Of a stretch of 64,000 bases of DNA, positions 19,335 through 32,348 are shown piece after piece. Position 1 is the stretch's first letter. Every line of letters begins with the position of its first letter. This stretch comes from Endomicrobiales bacterium (lineage in GTDB: Bacteria; Elusimicrobiota; Endomicrobiia; Endomicrobiales; JALOBY01), in the NCBI GenBank assembly GCA_963796955.1, contig CAWCNJ010000008.1, forward strand, positions 32,001 to 96,000, given 5' to 3'. Both the position numbers and the translations under genes were made by a program. The notes beneath the pieces were generated by a model that made no database searches, had not been told where the DNA came from, and was given only the letters and a program-made list of their open reading frames with translations.

Positions 19335-20908
19335 GCACTTTAAGCAATAAAAAGAATTATCTTTTGACATTGTTCTCTGGTCTTGGCGGAGTGGTTTTTG
19401 CGAATATCGTAGGGTTCATTTCGGTACCTATCGCGTTAAATTATTGGAAAGTGGAAAGGTATGGTTTATGGGCTCTTATAACTTCTATGTTGGTTTATTT
19501 AAGTGTCAGCAACCTAGGGCTGAATTTCTCGGCTACGACTTTAATGACAAAAAACCCAAACATCGCAAATAAATTTAAGATATTGAAAAGAACGCTCAAG
19601 ATTCTTTCTTTAAGCCTGCTGGTCGGTTGTGCTATCTTTGTTGCTGTAAATCTCGTAGATAAAAACTGGATAAACGTGCTTGGCAAAATACCTGATTATA
19701 TGAGGACGGAAACCTACTATGCGGTGTTCGTGCTCGGAGTATTCTTTTTCATCAATACACCATTTTCACTTTTGTCTTCATTGTTCAGCGCTTTTCAGAA
19801 AGCCTATATCGATAACGTGTTCGCACTGGTTGTCAATTTAATAAACTTCGCCACATTGTTGACAGTTATTTGGTTAAAAGGCAACCTTATGACTTATGCT
19901 TTGATCAATGGCGTTGGAAACCTGATCCTGAACATCGCTAAGCTGATGATCTTTTATCATTGGATATATAAAAAGATTCCGAAAGAAGATTTAGTTGAAC
20001 AAAATGATAATGATGAAGAAACATCGGCAAAAAGCATATTTATAACAGGATTAAGGTTTTTTCTTATAGGTTTGGCGGCCATGGTTGTTTGGAATACGGA
20101 TAACATCGTTATTTCTAACCTTCTGAGTATAAAACAGATAACGCCATACTCGATCACACTTAAACCTTTCTTTATCTTATTCAACATAATATTTACAATT
20201 AATCTTTCACTCCTGCCTATATTGGGTAAAGAGATCGGTAACAAGAACTGGGAGTGGATAAACAGGACATATCAAAAATTTATTGTTATCATGGCGGTGC
20301 TCGGCGGCGGTATGTGGCTGGGTGGTATTCTCTTTTCACGTGATTTTATAACATTATGGACCAATAAGGATAGTTATGCTGGACTGTTGACTGTTTGTGC
20401 GTTCGGAGGGTATGCATATTTGTTGAGCATGATCAATCTGAATTCGAATATCGTCAACACTTTCAACTATCTTGAGAATGTCGCTTTTGTGGGTTGGATG
20501 GAAGCTCTTGTAAAAATTGCTTCCTCAATAATACTTCTCCATTATTTCGGTATTGCAGGTGTGGCGTTAGGGACATTTGTAGGAGCTTTGCTTGTTCCAA
20601 CATGGGTTCTCCCGAAGATATTATCAACTAGAAGCGGTCATAAACTGCATTACAATCTGGATTTTGTCCTAAAGAATATTGGTTTGACATTAATCCCTCT
20701 GCTTATCGGGTCCATAGCTGTGCAATTACTTATTCATCAAATGATAATGAGGATAACTGCCGGTCTCTCTATAATGATCATTTACGCCGTTCTTAATTAC
20801 TTAATAATCCCGGATGATGTTAAGGAGTTTGTGAAGAAGAATGGTCTAATAGTAGTCAGAAGATTATTTCCAGGAACTCAGAAGGTCTCACCTATACAAA
20901 ATCCATAG
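19331..20908 (+). CDS. wzx: Oligosaccharide flippase (Wzx/MOP family)
   Basis: About 12-14 TM segments, ERYGLW, NLGL, NTDNIVIS motifs; polysaccharide cluster context. Confidence 0.8.
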   Translation: MSTLSNKKNYLLTLFSGLGGVVFANIVGFISVPIALNYWKVERYGLWALITSMLVYLSVSNLGLNFSATTLMTKNPNIANKFKILKRTLKILSLSLLVGCAIFVAVNLVDKNWINVLGKIPDYMRTETYYAVFVLGVFFFINTPFSLLSSLFSAFQKAYIDNVFALVVNLINFATLLTVIWLKGNLMTYALINGVGNLILNIAKLMIFYHWIYKKIPKEDLVEQNDNDEETSAKSIFITGLRFFLIGLAAMVVWNTDNIVISNLLSIKQITPYSITLKPFFILFNIIFTINLSLLPILGKEIGNKNWEWINRTYQKFIVIMAVLGGGMWLGGILFSRDFITLWTNKDSYAGLLTVCAFGGYAYLLSMINLNSNIVNTFNYLENVAFVGWMEALVKIASSIILLHYFGIAGVALGTFVGALLVPTWVLPKILSTRSGHKLHYNLDFVLKNIGLTLIPLLIGSIAVQLLIHQMIMRITAGLSIMIIYAVLNYLIIPDDVKEFVKKNGLIVVRRLFPGTQKVSPIQNP

Positions 20909-20915
20909 GAAAAGT

Positions 20916-21947
20916 ATGCTAATAAGTGTGTGCGTGCCAACTTACAATAACGCAAAATATATCGCAAAGACCTTACATTCGATATGCAACCAGAGTTATG
21001 GCAAAATAGAGATAATTATATGCGACAACGCATCGACAGATGAAACAGAGCGTATTGTTAAGTCAATAAAAGATAAAAGAATACATTATTATAGAAGCTT
21101 AGAGAATATTGGTGCTGCTGAAAACTTTAATAAATGTATTCAACTGTCCGGCGGGCAGCTAATATCAGTTTATCATTCTGACGACGTGTATGATCCTCGG
21201 ATCGTCGAAAAAGAGGCTGATCTGCTAATGAGCGATCCGTGCGCGGGTGCTGTCTTTGCCCTGGATACGCTTATAGACGAAAATGATAGAATACTTGGCA
21301 GCGGGGTTTCACTACCCAAACAATTTGCTGGTAAATCGCTATTTGGTTTCAATCAGCTTTATCCGGCGCTGTTGCAGGGAACATCTAATTTTCTGGTCTG
21401 TCCCACATTCATGGCCTGGAAAAAGGTATTCGAACCCTGCGGTATATTCAATAGCTCCGGCAAATATGGTGATTGGATCGGTGGGGCTGCTGATACAGAG
21501 CTGTGGCTAAGGATATGTGAGCAATTCAAGATCGGTATCGTCAATGAAAGGCTTATTTTCCGCCGCATTTCCAGCAAAAGCGGGTCTGGTCGTTATAACA
21601 CAACTTATACTACACGTTCGAATCACTTCATTGCTCTGGATTCGTTCTTGAATTCCAAAGCACTATTGGAACCGATTGATGAGAAGATATTGAAGCAATA
21701 TGAATTCAATAAGTTCTGGGACGATGTGAATATCGCTAATAATCTTATCTTAAGTAACATGAACAATCGACCAATTCTCCACCTGGCAAAAACACTCTCT
21801 TTTCAAAGACTAGTTACAGGCTTTAGAAGCGTTAAAAACATCGAAAAGCTAATATTCTATTTTGGATTGATGCTTGCATCGTGCATGTCGATGGGCGGTT
21901 CGGTTGCCCGTTTATTGCCAAAAATAAAGAGAGGGAATGAGATATGA
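20916..21947 (+). CDS. GT2 glycosyltransferase
   Basis: ISVCVPTYN, CDNASTD, HSDD. Confidence 0.87.
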   Translation: MLISVCVPTYNNAKYIAKTLHSICNQSYGKIEIIICDNASTDETERIVKSIKDKRIHYYRSLENIGAAENFNKCIQLSGGQLISVYHSDDVYDPRIVEKEADLLMSDPCAGAVFALDTLIDENDRILGSGVSLPKQFAGKSLFGFNQLYPALLQGTSNFLVCPTFMAWKKVFEPCGIFNSSGKYGDWIGGAADTELWLRICEQFKIGIVNERLIFRRISSKSGSGRYNTTYTTRSNHFIALDSFLNSKALLEPIDEKILKQYEFNKFWDDVNIANNLILSNMNNRPILHLAKTLSFQRLVTGFRSVKNIEKLIFYFGLMLASCMSMGGSVARLLPKIKRGNEI

Positions 21948-22720
21948 CAATTAATTCGTCAAAACGAAAACAGATGTTCTCAGCGGTCGGGAAGTTCATT
22001 AACGCTGTTTGCGATCCGAGAACCTTAAAAACGATACCAAGCTATATCGGATATTTCAAAGATCTGGCCAGGTACAAAAAAATGAATAATGCAGAAAATA
22101 TAGAGTTTGTAAACATGTATCCGAGGCTTAGAGATAAAACTGAAACCTCGAATCCAACGGATTGGCATTATTTTTATCAAGGACAGTGGGCATTTAAGCT
22201 CATTAAAAATTCCGGAGCTGCACAACACGTCGATGTGGGATCAGCTATTGATTTTATCGGTTACTTAACAACTATAATCAAGGTTGTCTTTATAGATATA
22301 CGTCCTTTTGTCATAAAAATGGACAATATTGAGTCTAAGCCAGGTACGATCCTCAAAATGCCATTTGACGACAGTTCCATTAAGTCACTCTCAAGTCTGC
22401 ATGTGGTAGAACACATAGGTTTAGGGCGTTATGGAGATCCGTTGGATCCTGAAGGTTCTATAAAGGCCGCGAAGGAATTGTCCAGAGTTCTTTCCAAGGG
22501 TGGACATCTTTACTTTTCAATGCCAATCGGAAAACCTCGAGTTTGCTTCAATGCCCATCGTATACACACGCCGAAGCAGATAGTCTCCATGTTCCCACTG
22601 CTGCAATTAGTTGAATATTCGGCTGTGAGTGATAACGGTGAGTATTACGAGAATATAGGGCTTGAGAAGTTTTCTGACTCTGAATATTCATGCGGAATGT
22701 TCCATTTTACAAAACAGTAA
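21944..22720 (+). CDS. DUF268-like / SAM-dependent methyltransferase-like protein
   Basis: HYFYQ..WA, HVDVGS, SLHVVEHIGLGRYGDPLDP, FNAHRI. Confidence 0.7.
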   Translation: MTINSSKRKQMFSAVGKFINAVCDPRTLKTIPSYIGYFKDLARYKKMNNAENIEFVNMYPRLRDKTETSNPTDWHYFYQGQWAFKLIKNSGAAQHVDVGSAIDFIGYLTTIIKVVFIDIRPFVIKMDNIESKPGTILKMPFDDSSIKSLSSLHVVEHIGLGRYGDPLDPEGSIKAAKELSRVLSKGGHLYFSMPIGKPRVCFNAHRIHTPKQIVSMFPLLQLVEYSAVSDNGEYYENIGLEKFSDSEYSCGMFHFTKQ

Positions 22721-22760
22721 TTTTTGTTCCTAAATCGTAGCTGATATAAATACTTGTTGA

Positions 22761-23714
<954 letters not shown>

Positions 23715-23733
23715 GCCTGCCACTGAGATTAAA

Positions 23734-24840
23734 ATGAAAAGAATTCTCATTGTCGACCACTCATCGTTCGTGGGGGGGGCTGAAATATACGCGACGGAAA
23801 TAGCTCGACAAAATCTGTGCGGACAGTATGAGTATGTGTTTGCGGTTACTACACCTGATATTTTGGAAGGGACTGATCTGGACTATGAAATATTCCACAG
23901 CTCACAAATAAAAACACGCAACATCTTCAGGATTCTTGTTTCCGCTTTAAGCAGCATTAAACAATTGCTGGCTATTATTAAAAAAAGGCAGGTTCAAATA
24001 GTTCAGACAAATACTGTAAGGATGCATTTAATTGGCGTTATCGTAGCGATCGTATCACATAAACCACTTGTTTGGGTTATACATTCGTATGATTTTCCAA
24101 TAATGCTTTTTACGTTCCTGTCGTTCATACCTGTAAAAATTGTTTTCGTATCGGAAACTATTAAAACGTATTATGCTTCATTCATGCTAAGCAAGGATAA
24201 GGCTGTTGTAGTATTAAATGGTTTCGATTTCAAAAAAGATGCAACGGCCTCGGGGATACCGGTGGAACTGAACGAAACGTTCTCATGTCAAGGTGAAAAA
24301 GTAGGAATAATCGGGAGAATAGAACATCCAAAGGGTCAGGAATGTTTAATTAAAAGTTTCTCCGTTGTCATTAAATCTTTCCCGAGAGCTAAACTATATA
24401 TTGTTGGAGATATAGGGCCGGGATCTAAAAAGTACTATGAAGATCTAATCTCTTTAATTAAAACACTTAATCTTGAATCAAATGTTGAATTCCTCGGCTA
24501 TGTCGCAAATGTTGCCTATGTTATAGATAGACTCGACTTGATAGTACAATGCTCGGTAATTCCTGAATCATTCGGGAGAGTGATTTGTGAGTCAATGGCG
24601 CAAGGGAAAGCTGTTGTTGCAACCAGAATAGGCGGTTTTTGCGAGCTAATTGACGATAATGAAAATGGGGTGCTTGTGACCCCTGATAATTCGACAGAAT
24701 TGGCAAATGTGATAGTTGATTTGCTCTCGAACAGCGAAAAAATCAAAAGAATGGGCGAATCTGGTATGCGAAAAGTCACCCAAAAATATCAAATACAAAA
24801 TACAATATGTGCGTTTAATAACTTATATGAAAACATTTGA
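23734..24840 (+). CDS. GT4 glycosyltransferase
   Basis: GGAE, GRIEHPKG, PESFGRVICESMAQGKAVVAT. Confidence 0.87.
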   Translation: MKRILIVDHSSFVGGAEIYATEIARQNLCGQYEYVFAVTTPDILEGTDLDYEIFHSSQIKTRNIFRILVSALSSIKQLLAIIKKRQVQIVQTNTVRMHLIGVIVAIVSHKPLVWVIHSYDFPIMLFTFLSFIPVKIVFVSETIKTYYASFMLSKDKAVVVLNGFDFKKDATASGIPVELNETFSCQGEKVGIIGRIEHPKGQECLIKSFSVVIKSFPRAKLYIVGDIGPGSKKYYEDLISLIKTLNLESNVEFLGYVANVAYVIDRLDLIVQCSVIPESFGRVICESMAQGKAVVATRIGGFCELIDDNENGVLVTPDNSTELANVIVDLLSNSEKIKRMGESGMRKVTQKYQIQNTICAFNNLYENI

Positions 24841-26323
24841 TCTTCTAGAAAGGCAGTTGAGATCATCCTGTACCGGTTTTTTATCCAATGGATATTTAAT
24901 ATTCATTATAATAACCGTTATGATACTGGCAATATTCTATCCTTCATACATAGCTGCGTTGTTGGTCGTTGTATTGTTTACATGTGTTCTTACATTAAAC
25001 ACGAAATGGAATTTCTTCTTGTTAATATTTGCTATGCCTTTGACGGTGGTAAGCTATTATATCGGGTTTACGTTTAAGCTCTGGATGTATATCTTATTCG
25101 TTATGTGCATGATTTGGATAAAGGGACTATTAACAGATAGGAAACGTATTCATTATAGTTTTTTGAACTATCTATTGGCAGCACTTTTGTTTGTCGATGT
25201 GTTTTCGATATTTAATGCGGTAAATTTCGCGAGAGCTGAGAAAATCTTAGTTCAATACGCGATGCTTATATTCTTAACCGTGTTTGTTATAAATAATGTA
25301 TGCACTGCTGATAAAATCAATCGCGTCATTAGATACCTGCTGATTTCCGGTGTGATACTTGCGCTTTATGGAGTGCTTCAGTGGTTAGCTCTTATGTACG
25401 GCTACGATTTAAAATTACCGATCGAGCGAATGAATATTTACAGCAGAGATGTGGCTGAAACGTTAAGGCCCGGAGCTGTCTATATCGGAAATATGTTAAT
25501 ACCCCGGGCAAGAGCCACTTTTACTGATCCGAATGTGTTCGGGGGATACATAAATTCATTCCTTCCGCTCATATTCAGCCTGCTTTTGTATAAACTGATT
25601 AAAGGCGGCAAAATAAAAATCTATCTTTTAGGATTGATCATCGCGTTCTTAGCGGTAATCAGCACTGTATCACGTACTGCAATTGGCGGTGCATGTGTTG
25701 GTTTATCAATTGTCGGTGCCTACTGGTTCTTAAAATTACCCATAAAGAGAGTCGCTTCGATATTCGTTGGCGTTATAGTCGTCTTGTCAACATTTCAACT
25801 AATCGCTCCATCTAGGATCACAAAATATATGGATTACAACATATTCATAGGCAGGATATCACAGACGTTCTCGAAAGGTGACGGCTCTACGGCATTGCAC
25901 AGAAAACTTGCGGAAAACGCTTTAATTATGTGGAATGATCATCCATTTATCGGAGTAGGTATCGGTAATTACGGAGCATATTTCGATCCTTCCGGTCCCG
26001 GCAATGGGTCCAGTCATTCTGCCGTGCTGAATTTCTTTGCTGAAACCGGTGCTATTGGCGGCCTAATAAACGTTAGTATAATATTATTCCTTATTTTATT
26101 ATTGTTAGTTAATATTAGAAAATTAAAAAAGTATTCATATTGGTATTCAATAAATGTTGGATTGCTTGCGTCTTATATAATAACAATACTCGGGAATGTA
26201 ACATATATCTATTACAATGAAGCCTTTATTTGGTTCCTTATGGGCCTTATTGTCGTTGTAGTAAGATATGGTAAAGATAATCCTGGTGGAGTGTTAGTCA
26301 CTCCTGCTGAGAGAAAGATCTAA
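24827..26323 (+). CDS. O-antigen ligase/polymerase-like (Wzy_C domain) membrane protein
   Basis: RARATFTDPNVFG, STVSR, HPFIGVGIGNY, HS..LNFFAETG; many TM segments. Confidence 0.8.
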   Translation: MKTFDLLERQLRSSCTGFLSNGYLIFIIITVMILAIFYPSYIAALLVVVLFTCVLTLNTKWNFFLLIFAMPLTVVSYYIGFTFKLWMYILFVMCMIWIKGLLTDRKRIHYSFLNYLLAALLFVDVFSIFNAVNFARAEKILVQYAMLIFLTVFVINNVCTADKINRVIRYLLISGVILALYGVLQWLALMYGYDLKLPIERMNIYSRDVAETLRPGAVYIGNMLIPRARATFTDPNVFGGYINSFLPLIFSLLLYKLIKGGKIKIYLLGLIIAFLAVISTVSRTAIGGACVGLSIVGAYWFLKLPIKRVASIFVGVIVVLSTFQLIAPSRITKYMDYNIFIGRISQTFSKGDGSTALHRKLAENALIMWNDHPFIGVGIGNYGAYFDPSGPGNGSSHSAVLNFFAETGAIGGLINVSIILFLILLLLVNIRKLKKYSYWYSINVGLLASYIITILGNVTYIYYNEAFIWFLMGLIVVVVRYGKDNPGGVLVTPAERKI

Positions 26324-27456
26324 TGCGTATAGCCATTGATTGTAGAATGCTTTTAGACAGACCAACCGGAATTGGGAAATATATTTCAAATCTAGTTTCC
26401 AGTTTATTAATCGTTGATAAAAAAAATACTTATATTATGCTTGTTAATAATAAAAAGATAATAGAACCCCTTCTCAAAGAATGTAATAATGTCTCTTTAA
26501 TTAGATTGCGCTCAAAACCCTTGTCGTTAATGGAACAATTCGAGATACCATTCTTTTGTCGAAACAGCAAAATCGATATATTTCACTCGCCCTCTTTTGT
26601 GATCCCTAGATTCATGAAAACAAAAGTCGTGGTCACAATACATGATCTTATACACGTTTTATTCAAAAGTGAATTTTCTTTCATTGTTCAATTATATTAC
26701 AAACTTATAGTGAGGCCGGCCATAAGGAATTCAAATATAGTTATAACGGACTCGAAGAGCTCGGAAAGTGATATTGTCGATTGGGCGAATATCGACGGAT
26801 CGAGGATCAGAGTGGTCTCTCTGGCTTGCGACAGTATCTTCAAAAAACATAGTGATAACAACGCTATGCAGGCAGTAAGGTCAAAATATGGTGTGGATGG
26901 TAAATATATTATGTACAACGGGAACAAGAAAGCGCATAAAAACGTTGAGGCTTTGATCGAGGCTTTTGCGATCTTGAAATCACGGTTGAAAGAACCATGC
27001 ACTTTGGTAGTTGTCGGCAAACGGGACAATAATACCACTGAAACGAATTGTGCGGGCATCGATTCGCTTATAGCTAAACGAAAGCTAAGCGATTCCGTAG
27101 TCTTTACAGGCCACGTATCAGAATATGACCTGGTGGGGCTCTATAACTCAGCGCAGTTGCTTGTTATGCCTTCCTTGTATGAGGGTTTTGGATTCCCTGT
27201 CCTTGAGGCTATGCAATGTGGTTGTCCCGTGGTTTGCTCAAATATATCTTCTTTACCAAATGTTTGTGATGATGCCGCGTTTTACATTGATCCTTACAGC
27301 ATCGAAAGTATAGCTGAAGGCCTGCATCGCGTTTTTACTGATGAAGACCTGCGCAGGGAATTAGCAGACAAAGGTCTTGAGAGAGCAAAAGCGTTTAGCT
27401 GGGACAAATGCGCGAACGAAACGTTGAATATATATAATGAGGTGTATTGTTTATGA
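26323..27456 (+). CDS. GT4 glycosyltransferase (mannosyltransferase-like)
   Basis: TGIGKY, TIHDL, PSLYEGFGFPVLEAMQCGCPVV. Confidence 0.88.
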   Translation: MRIAIDCRMLLDRPTGIGKYISNLVSSLLIVDKKNTYIMLVNNKKIIEPLLKECNNVSLIRLRSKPLSLMEQFEIPFFCRNSKIDIFHSPSFVIPRFMKTKVVVTIHDLIHVLFKSEFSFIVQLYYKLIVRPAIRNSNIVITDSKSSESDIVDWANIDGSRIRVVSLACDSIFKKHSDNNAMQAVRSKYGVDGKYIMYNGNKKAHKNVEALIEAFAILKSRLKEPCTLVVVGKRDNNTTETNCAGIDSLIAKRKLSDSVVFTGHVSEYDLVGLYNSAQLLVMPSLYEGFGFPVLEAMQCGCPVVCSNISSLPNVCDDAAFYIDPYSIESIAEGLHRVFTDEDLRRELADKGLERAKAFSWDKCANETLNIYNEVYCL

Positions 27457-28553
27457 AACTGGCCATAGTACATGACTTCCTTAATCAATATGGTGGTGCA
27501 GAGAGATGCGTTGAAGCTTTTCATGAGATCTTCCCGGAAGCACCGATATACACATCAATTTATTTACCTGAGAACTTGCCCGATAGCTTTAAGAGCATGG
27601 ATATAAGAGTGTCGTTCATGCAGAAGTTCCCGTTTCTGAAGAAACATTTCAAAAAGTATCTTATGTTTTATCCTGGAGCCATAGAATCATTCGATCTAAA
27701 AGAATACGACGTCATCTTAAGCAGTAGCAGCGCATTTGCTAAAGGTATTACAAAAGGCGCCCGGACCTGTCATATTTGTTATTGCTACACGCCCCCAAGG
27801 TTCATCTGGAATTTCAAAGGATACGTCGAGAAAGAGAAGTTTGGCGCTCTTGGTTCTCTGCTAATGCCTCCTATTCTTCGTATATTAAAAAAATGGGATT
27901 TAGCAGCTAACAACGGAGTGGATAATTTCGTTGCGATCTCAAAGGCAGTTGAAAAACGAATAACGAATATTTATTCCAGGGATAGTGATGTGATCTATCC
28001 ACCGGTAAACACAGCTGTTTTCAATGTGTCAGACAGATCGGAAGATTATTTTTTAGTCGCCTCCAGGCTTAATGCATATAAGCGCATTGATCTTGTCATT
28101 GACGCTTTCAATAAATTGAATTTACCTTTAAGAGTGATCGGCGACGGACCTTGCCGGAAAAAATTGCAGGAACAGGCGAATAAGAACATTACATTTATGG
28201 GCAGAGTGGATGAATCAACTCTGAAAGAAAATTATTCCCATTGCAGGGCGAATATTTTCCCGGGAGAGGAAGATTTTGGTATCGTGCCGTTAGAAGCACA
28301 GGCATCAGGAAGGCCTGTTATCGCATTAGCCGCGGGCGGCGCGTTAGAAACTGTAATAGACGGGACGACCGGCATTTTCTTTAATACTCAAACAGCTGAT
28401 TCGCTGATCGATGCCGTAAATAGATTTATAGCTATGGAAATCAGCTTTGACAGTGCGGTCATCAGAAAAAATGCCCTTAAGTTCGACAAAGAAGTTTTTA
28501 AGAGCGCAATTCAGATGTATGTTTCCAGAAAATACAGGAATATGACCGCTTAG
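27453..28553 (+). CDS. GT4 glycosyltransferase
   Basis: HDFLNQYGGAER, YCYTPPR, EEDFGIVPLEAQASGRPVIA. Confidence 0.88.
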   Translation: MKLAIVHDFLNQYGGAERCVEAFHEIFPEAPIYTSIYLPENLPDSFKSMDIRVSFMQKFPFLKKHFKKYLMFYPGAIESFDLKEYDVILSSSSAFAKGITKGARTCHICYCYTPPRFIWNFKGYVEKEKFGALGSLLMPPILRILKKWDLAANNGVDNFVAISKAVEKRITNIYSRDSDVIYPPVNTAVFNVSDRSEDYFLVASRLNAYKRIDLVIDAFNKLNLPLRVIGDGPCRKKLQEQANKNITFMGRVDESTLKENYSHCRANIFPGEEDFGIVPLEAQASGRPVIALAAGGALETVIDGTTGIFFNTQTADSLIDAVNRFIAMEISFDSAVIRKNALKFDKEVFKSAIQMYVSRKYRNMTA

Positions 28554-28569
28554 ATAGAAGAGGGTTTTG

Positions 28570-29871
28570 ATGCAATACGCTTTATATACACTTATCTTGA
28601 TAATACCCTTCCAGGGATATTTTAATTTATACAACCATCTCTCTATCTCTATAGCACAGATAATGGCAATTTTGTTGTTCGTGATTTTGCTATTTCAGCA
28701 AGGTGTGAGGAAACTTATTTTTAATCAAGACATGGGCTTGAGTCTTGCTGTTTTTGTGTTTTGTGTAGCCATGTTGTTTAGTGTTTTTGTTGCCAATAAT
28801 AAAGTTATTGCCATTCAATTCTTTTTAAAATGGATAAGCTTCATATCTCTTTATTTCAGTACAATTTCTATAATTCAGCATTACCAAGATATCAGAAAAT
28901 GTATATTAGTATCTCTTGGTTCCGCCGGATTGATCAGTGTAATTGCTATATATGAATATTTCCAGGGCTTTGAAAAAGTTTTGACTTGGTTCGCAAACAA
29001 ACCGTTGGCTTACAGGATAATGGAACCCGACACGTTAAGAGAGAAAATAGCGCATAATGGAACTAATTGGACGATATCGTCAGGCAGAGGCTTCAACCTA
29101 AGAGCTTTTGGGACGTTTGAAGATGTAATTTCATATAGTGCTTATCTCGGTTTAATTTTGCCATTTGGCCTCCTGTCGTTCGTAGTCAAGCAGGGTAAAA
29201 AAATATTTATTCTGATGTGCGTCGTTCTTGTTTTGATCTCTCTGTTCCTTACATTCACTAGAAGTGCCTATTTAGCTTTTATTATAGCAATGATAGCAAC
29301 CGTTTTTTTGGTTAAGGATATTCTTTTTCATCGGAAATATCTGTTCGTTTTAATCTCGTTCGCGGCTATACTAATGGGGATCGTTGTTTCGAATAAACAA
29401 GTACATGATACATTGGTTTTTCGTTTCGATAAGCCTGTCGTCGAACAGTTTGACCGAAGAGTCTTGTGGGATTGCGCGTTGAAGATAATAAAAGCAAAGC
29501 CGGTGACGGGTGTGGGTTTATCAAATTATGATAGCGGTATAAAAAAATATTGCGCGGTTGATGCACCAGTTTTACCTGCTCATAATCAGTACCTTCAAAT
29601 CGCTGCTGAGTCCGGAATAATCGGGCTGATTTCGTACATGTTCATTCTTTTAGTCGCTTTCAGATATTCCATATATATTTATGTTCATTCAAGAGATCCG
29701 GAATTTAAATTGATCGGAGTTTCGTTTGTCGTCTTGTGTTCTTGGTATTGCGTACAAAGTTTGTTTACTAATTATTTATTTGGGGATAAGTTTTCTATGA
29801 TGTTCTGGATCATGATAGGTCTTATTGGCAGTTCATACAGAGTTTGCAGAAATATGGCTAATGTTATATAA
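28570..29871 (+). CDS. O-antigen ligase-like membrane protein
   Basis: RAFGTF, LTFTRSA, PVTGVGLSNY, AHNQYLQIAAESGIIG. Confidence 0.82.
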   Translation: MQYALYTLILIIPFQGYFNLYNHLSISIAQIMAILLFVILLFQQGVRKLIFNQDMGLSLAVFVFCVAMLFSVFVANNKVIAIQFFLKWISFISLYFSTISIIQHYQDIRKCILVSLGSAGLISVIAIYEYFQGFEKVLTWFANKPLAYRIMEPDTLREKIAHNGTNWTISSGRGFNLRAFGTFEDVISYSAYLGLILPFGLLSFVVKQGKKIFILMCVVLVLISLFLTFTRSAYLAFIIAMIATVFLVKDILFHRKYLFVLISFAAILMGIVVSNKQVHDTLVFRFDKPVVEQFDRRVLWDCALKIIKAKPVTGVGLSNYDSGIKKYCAVDAPVLPAHNQYLQIAAESGIIGLISYMFILLVAFRYSIYIYVHSRDPEFKLIGVSFVVLCSWYCVQSLFTNYLFGDKFSMMFWIMIGLIGSSYRVCRNMANVI

Positions 29872-29902
29872 TCTAACAATTGTTCATAAGGGTAGGATTA
29901 TA

Positions 29903-31286
<1,384 letters not shown>

Positions 31287-31291
31287 CGACC

Positions 31292-32347
31292 ATGAAAGCT
31301 CTCATTCTAATAGGCGGGCTAGGGACTCGCCTTCGGCCGTTAACCTGTTCAACCCCTAAACCGTTGTTGCCGATCGTCAATAAACCGTTTCTTGAGTATC
31401 AGATAGACCTACTGAAGAAGCACGGGATAAGTGATATCATCCTGTGCATATCCTATCTTTCTCATACATTCGAAAATTACTTCGGTGATGGTAAAAAATG
31501 GGGCGTGAAGATACAGTATGTTCATGAGAAAGATCCTCTCGGGACTGGTGGGGCAATACGCAATGCGATCCATATGGTAGAGGATCAATTGCTGGTTTTG
31601 AATGGTGACATTCTTACCGATATTGATGTAACGCAATTTATAAATTGTCACAAAAAGAACAAAGCCTCTGTTACTATCGCCCTGGCGCGTGTAAAGGATC
31701 CGACAGCGTACGGCCTTGTTATGGTTGATAAGACGGGACGGATAGAGAATTTCCTGGAAAAACCATCCTGGGACGAAGTTACCTGTAACACAATAAACGC
31801 AGGGATCTATGTATTGTCAAAAGATGCTATAAACCAGATACCGGAAGGCATCAATTATTCTGTTGAGCGCGGGTTGTTCCCTACGCTGCTCGCGAAAAGA
31901 AAACGGGTATACGGGTTTTCAAAACCAAGCTATTGGATGGATATAGGTGCGATCGATAAATACCTGCAGGCTCATACAGATGTGATGACGCATCAGATCA
32001 AAGTCAATATAAATGAAAAGCTGCACTCGCCCAAGCTCTATTCTGGTAAGAAGTGTAAGCTGGGAGAACATATACAAATTGACGGCACTTTGGTGTGCGG
32101 CGATAATTCAAACATTGGGGATACCACAACCTTTACCGGTTCGGTTTGTTTAGGAAAAAACGTCGTTATCGGTAAAGGAACAACAATACGTAACTCGGTT
32201 ATCCTTGATAACACCCGTATCGCCGAAGGTGTAAGAATAGATCAGTCCGTTATAGGCAAACGATGCCGGATTGATGCAAATTCTTCCCTGCGCGCCGGTA
32301 CTGTCCTTGGTGATGGTACAACACTGAGTAAATACTCCAGGTTATAA
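31292..32347 (+). CDS. NDP-sugar synthase (mannose-1-phosphate guanylyltransferase-like) with left-handed beta-helix
   Basis: GGLGTRLRPLT..PKPL, PLGTGGA, FLEKP, C-terminal hexapeptide repeats. Confidence 0.87.
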   Translation: MKALILIGGLGTRLRPLTCSTPKPLLPIVNKPFLEYQIDLLKKHGISDIILCISYLSHTFENYFGDGKKWGVKIQYVHEKDPLGTGGAIRNAIHMVEDQLLVLNGDILTDIDVTQFINCHKKNKASVTIALARVKDPTAYGLVMVDKTGRIENFLEKPSWDEVTCNTINAGIYVLSKDAINQIPEGINYSVERGLFPTLLAKRKRVYGFSKPSYWMDIGAIDKYLQAHTDVMTHQIKVNINEKLHSPKLYSGKKCKLGEHIQIDGTLVCGDNSNIGDTTTFTGSVCLGKNVVIGKGTTIRNSVILDNTRIAEGVRIDQSVIGKRCRIDANSSLRAGTVLGDGTTLSKYSRL

Positions 32348-32348
32348 A

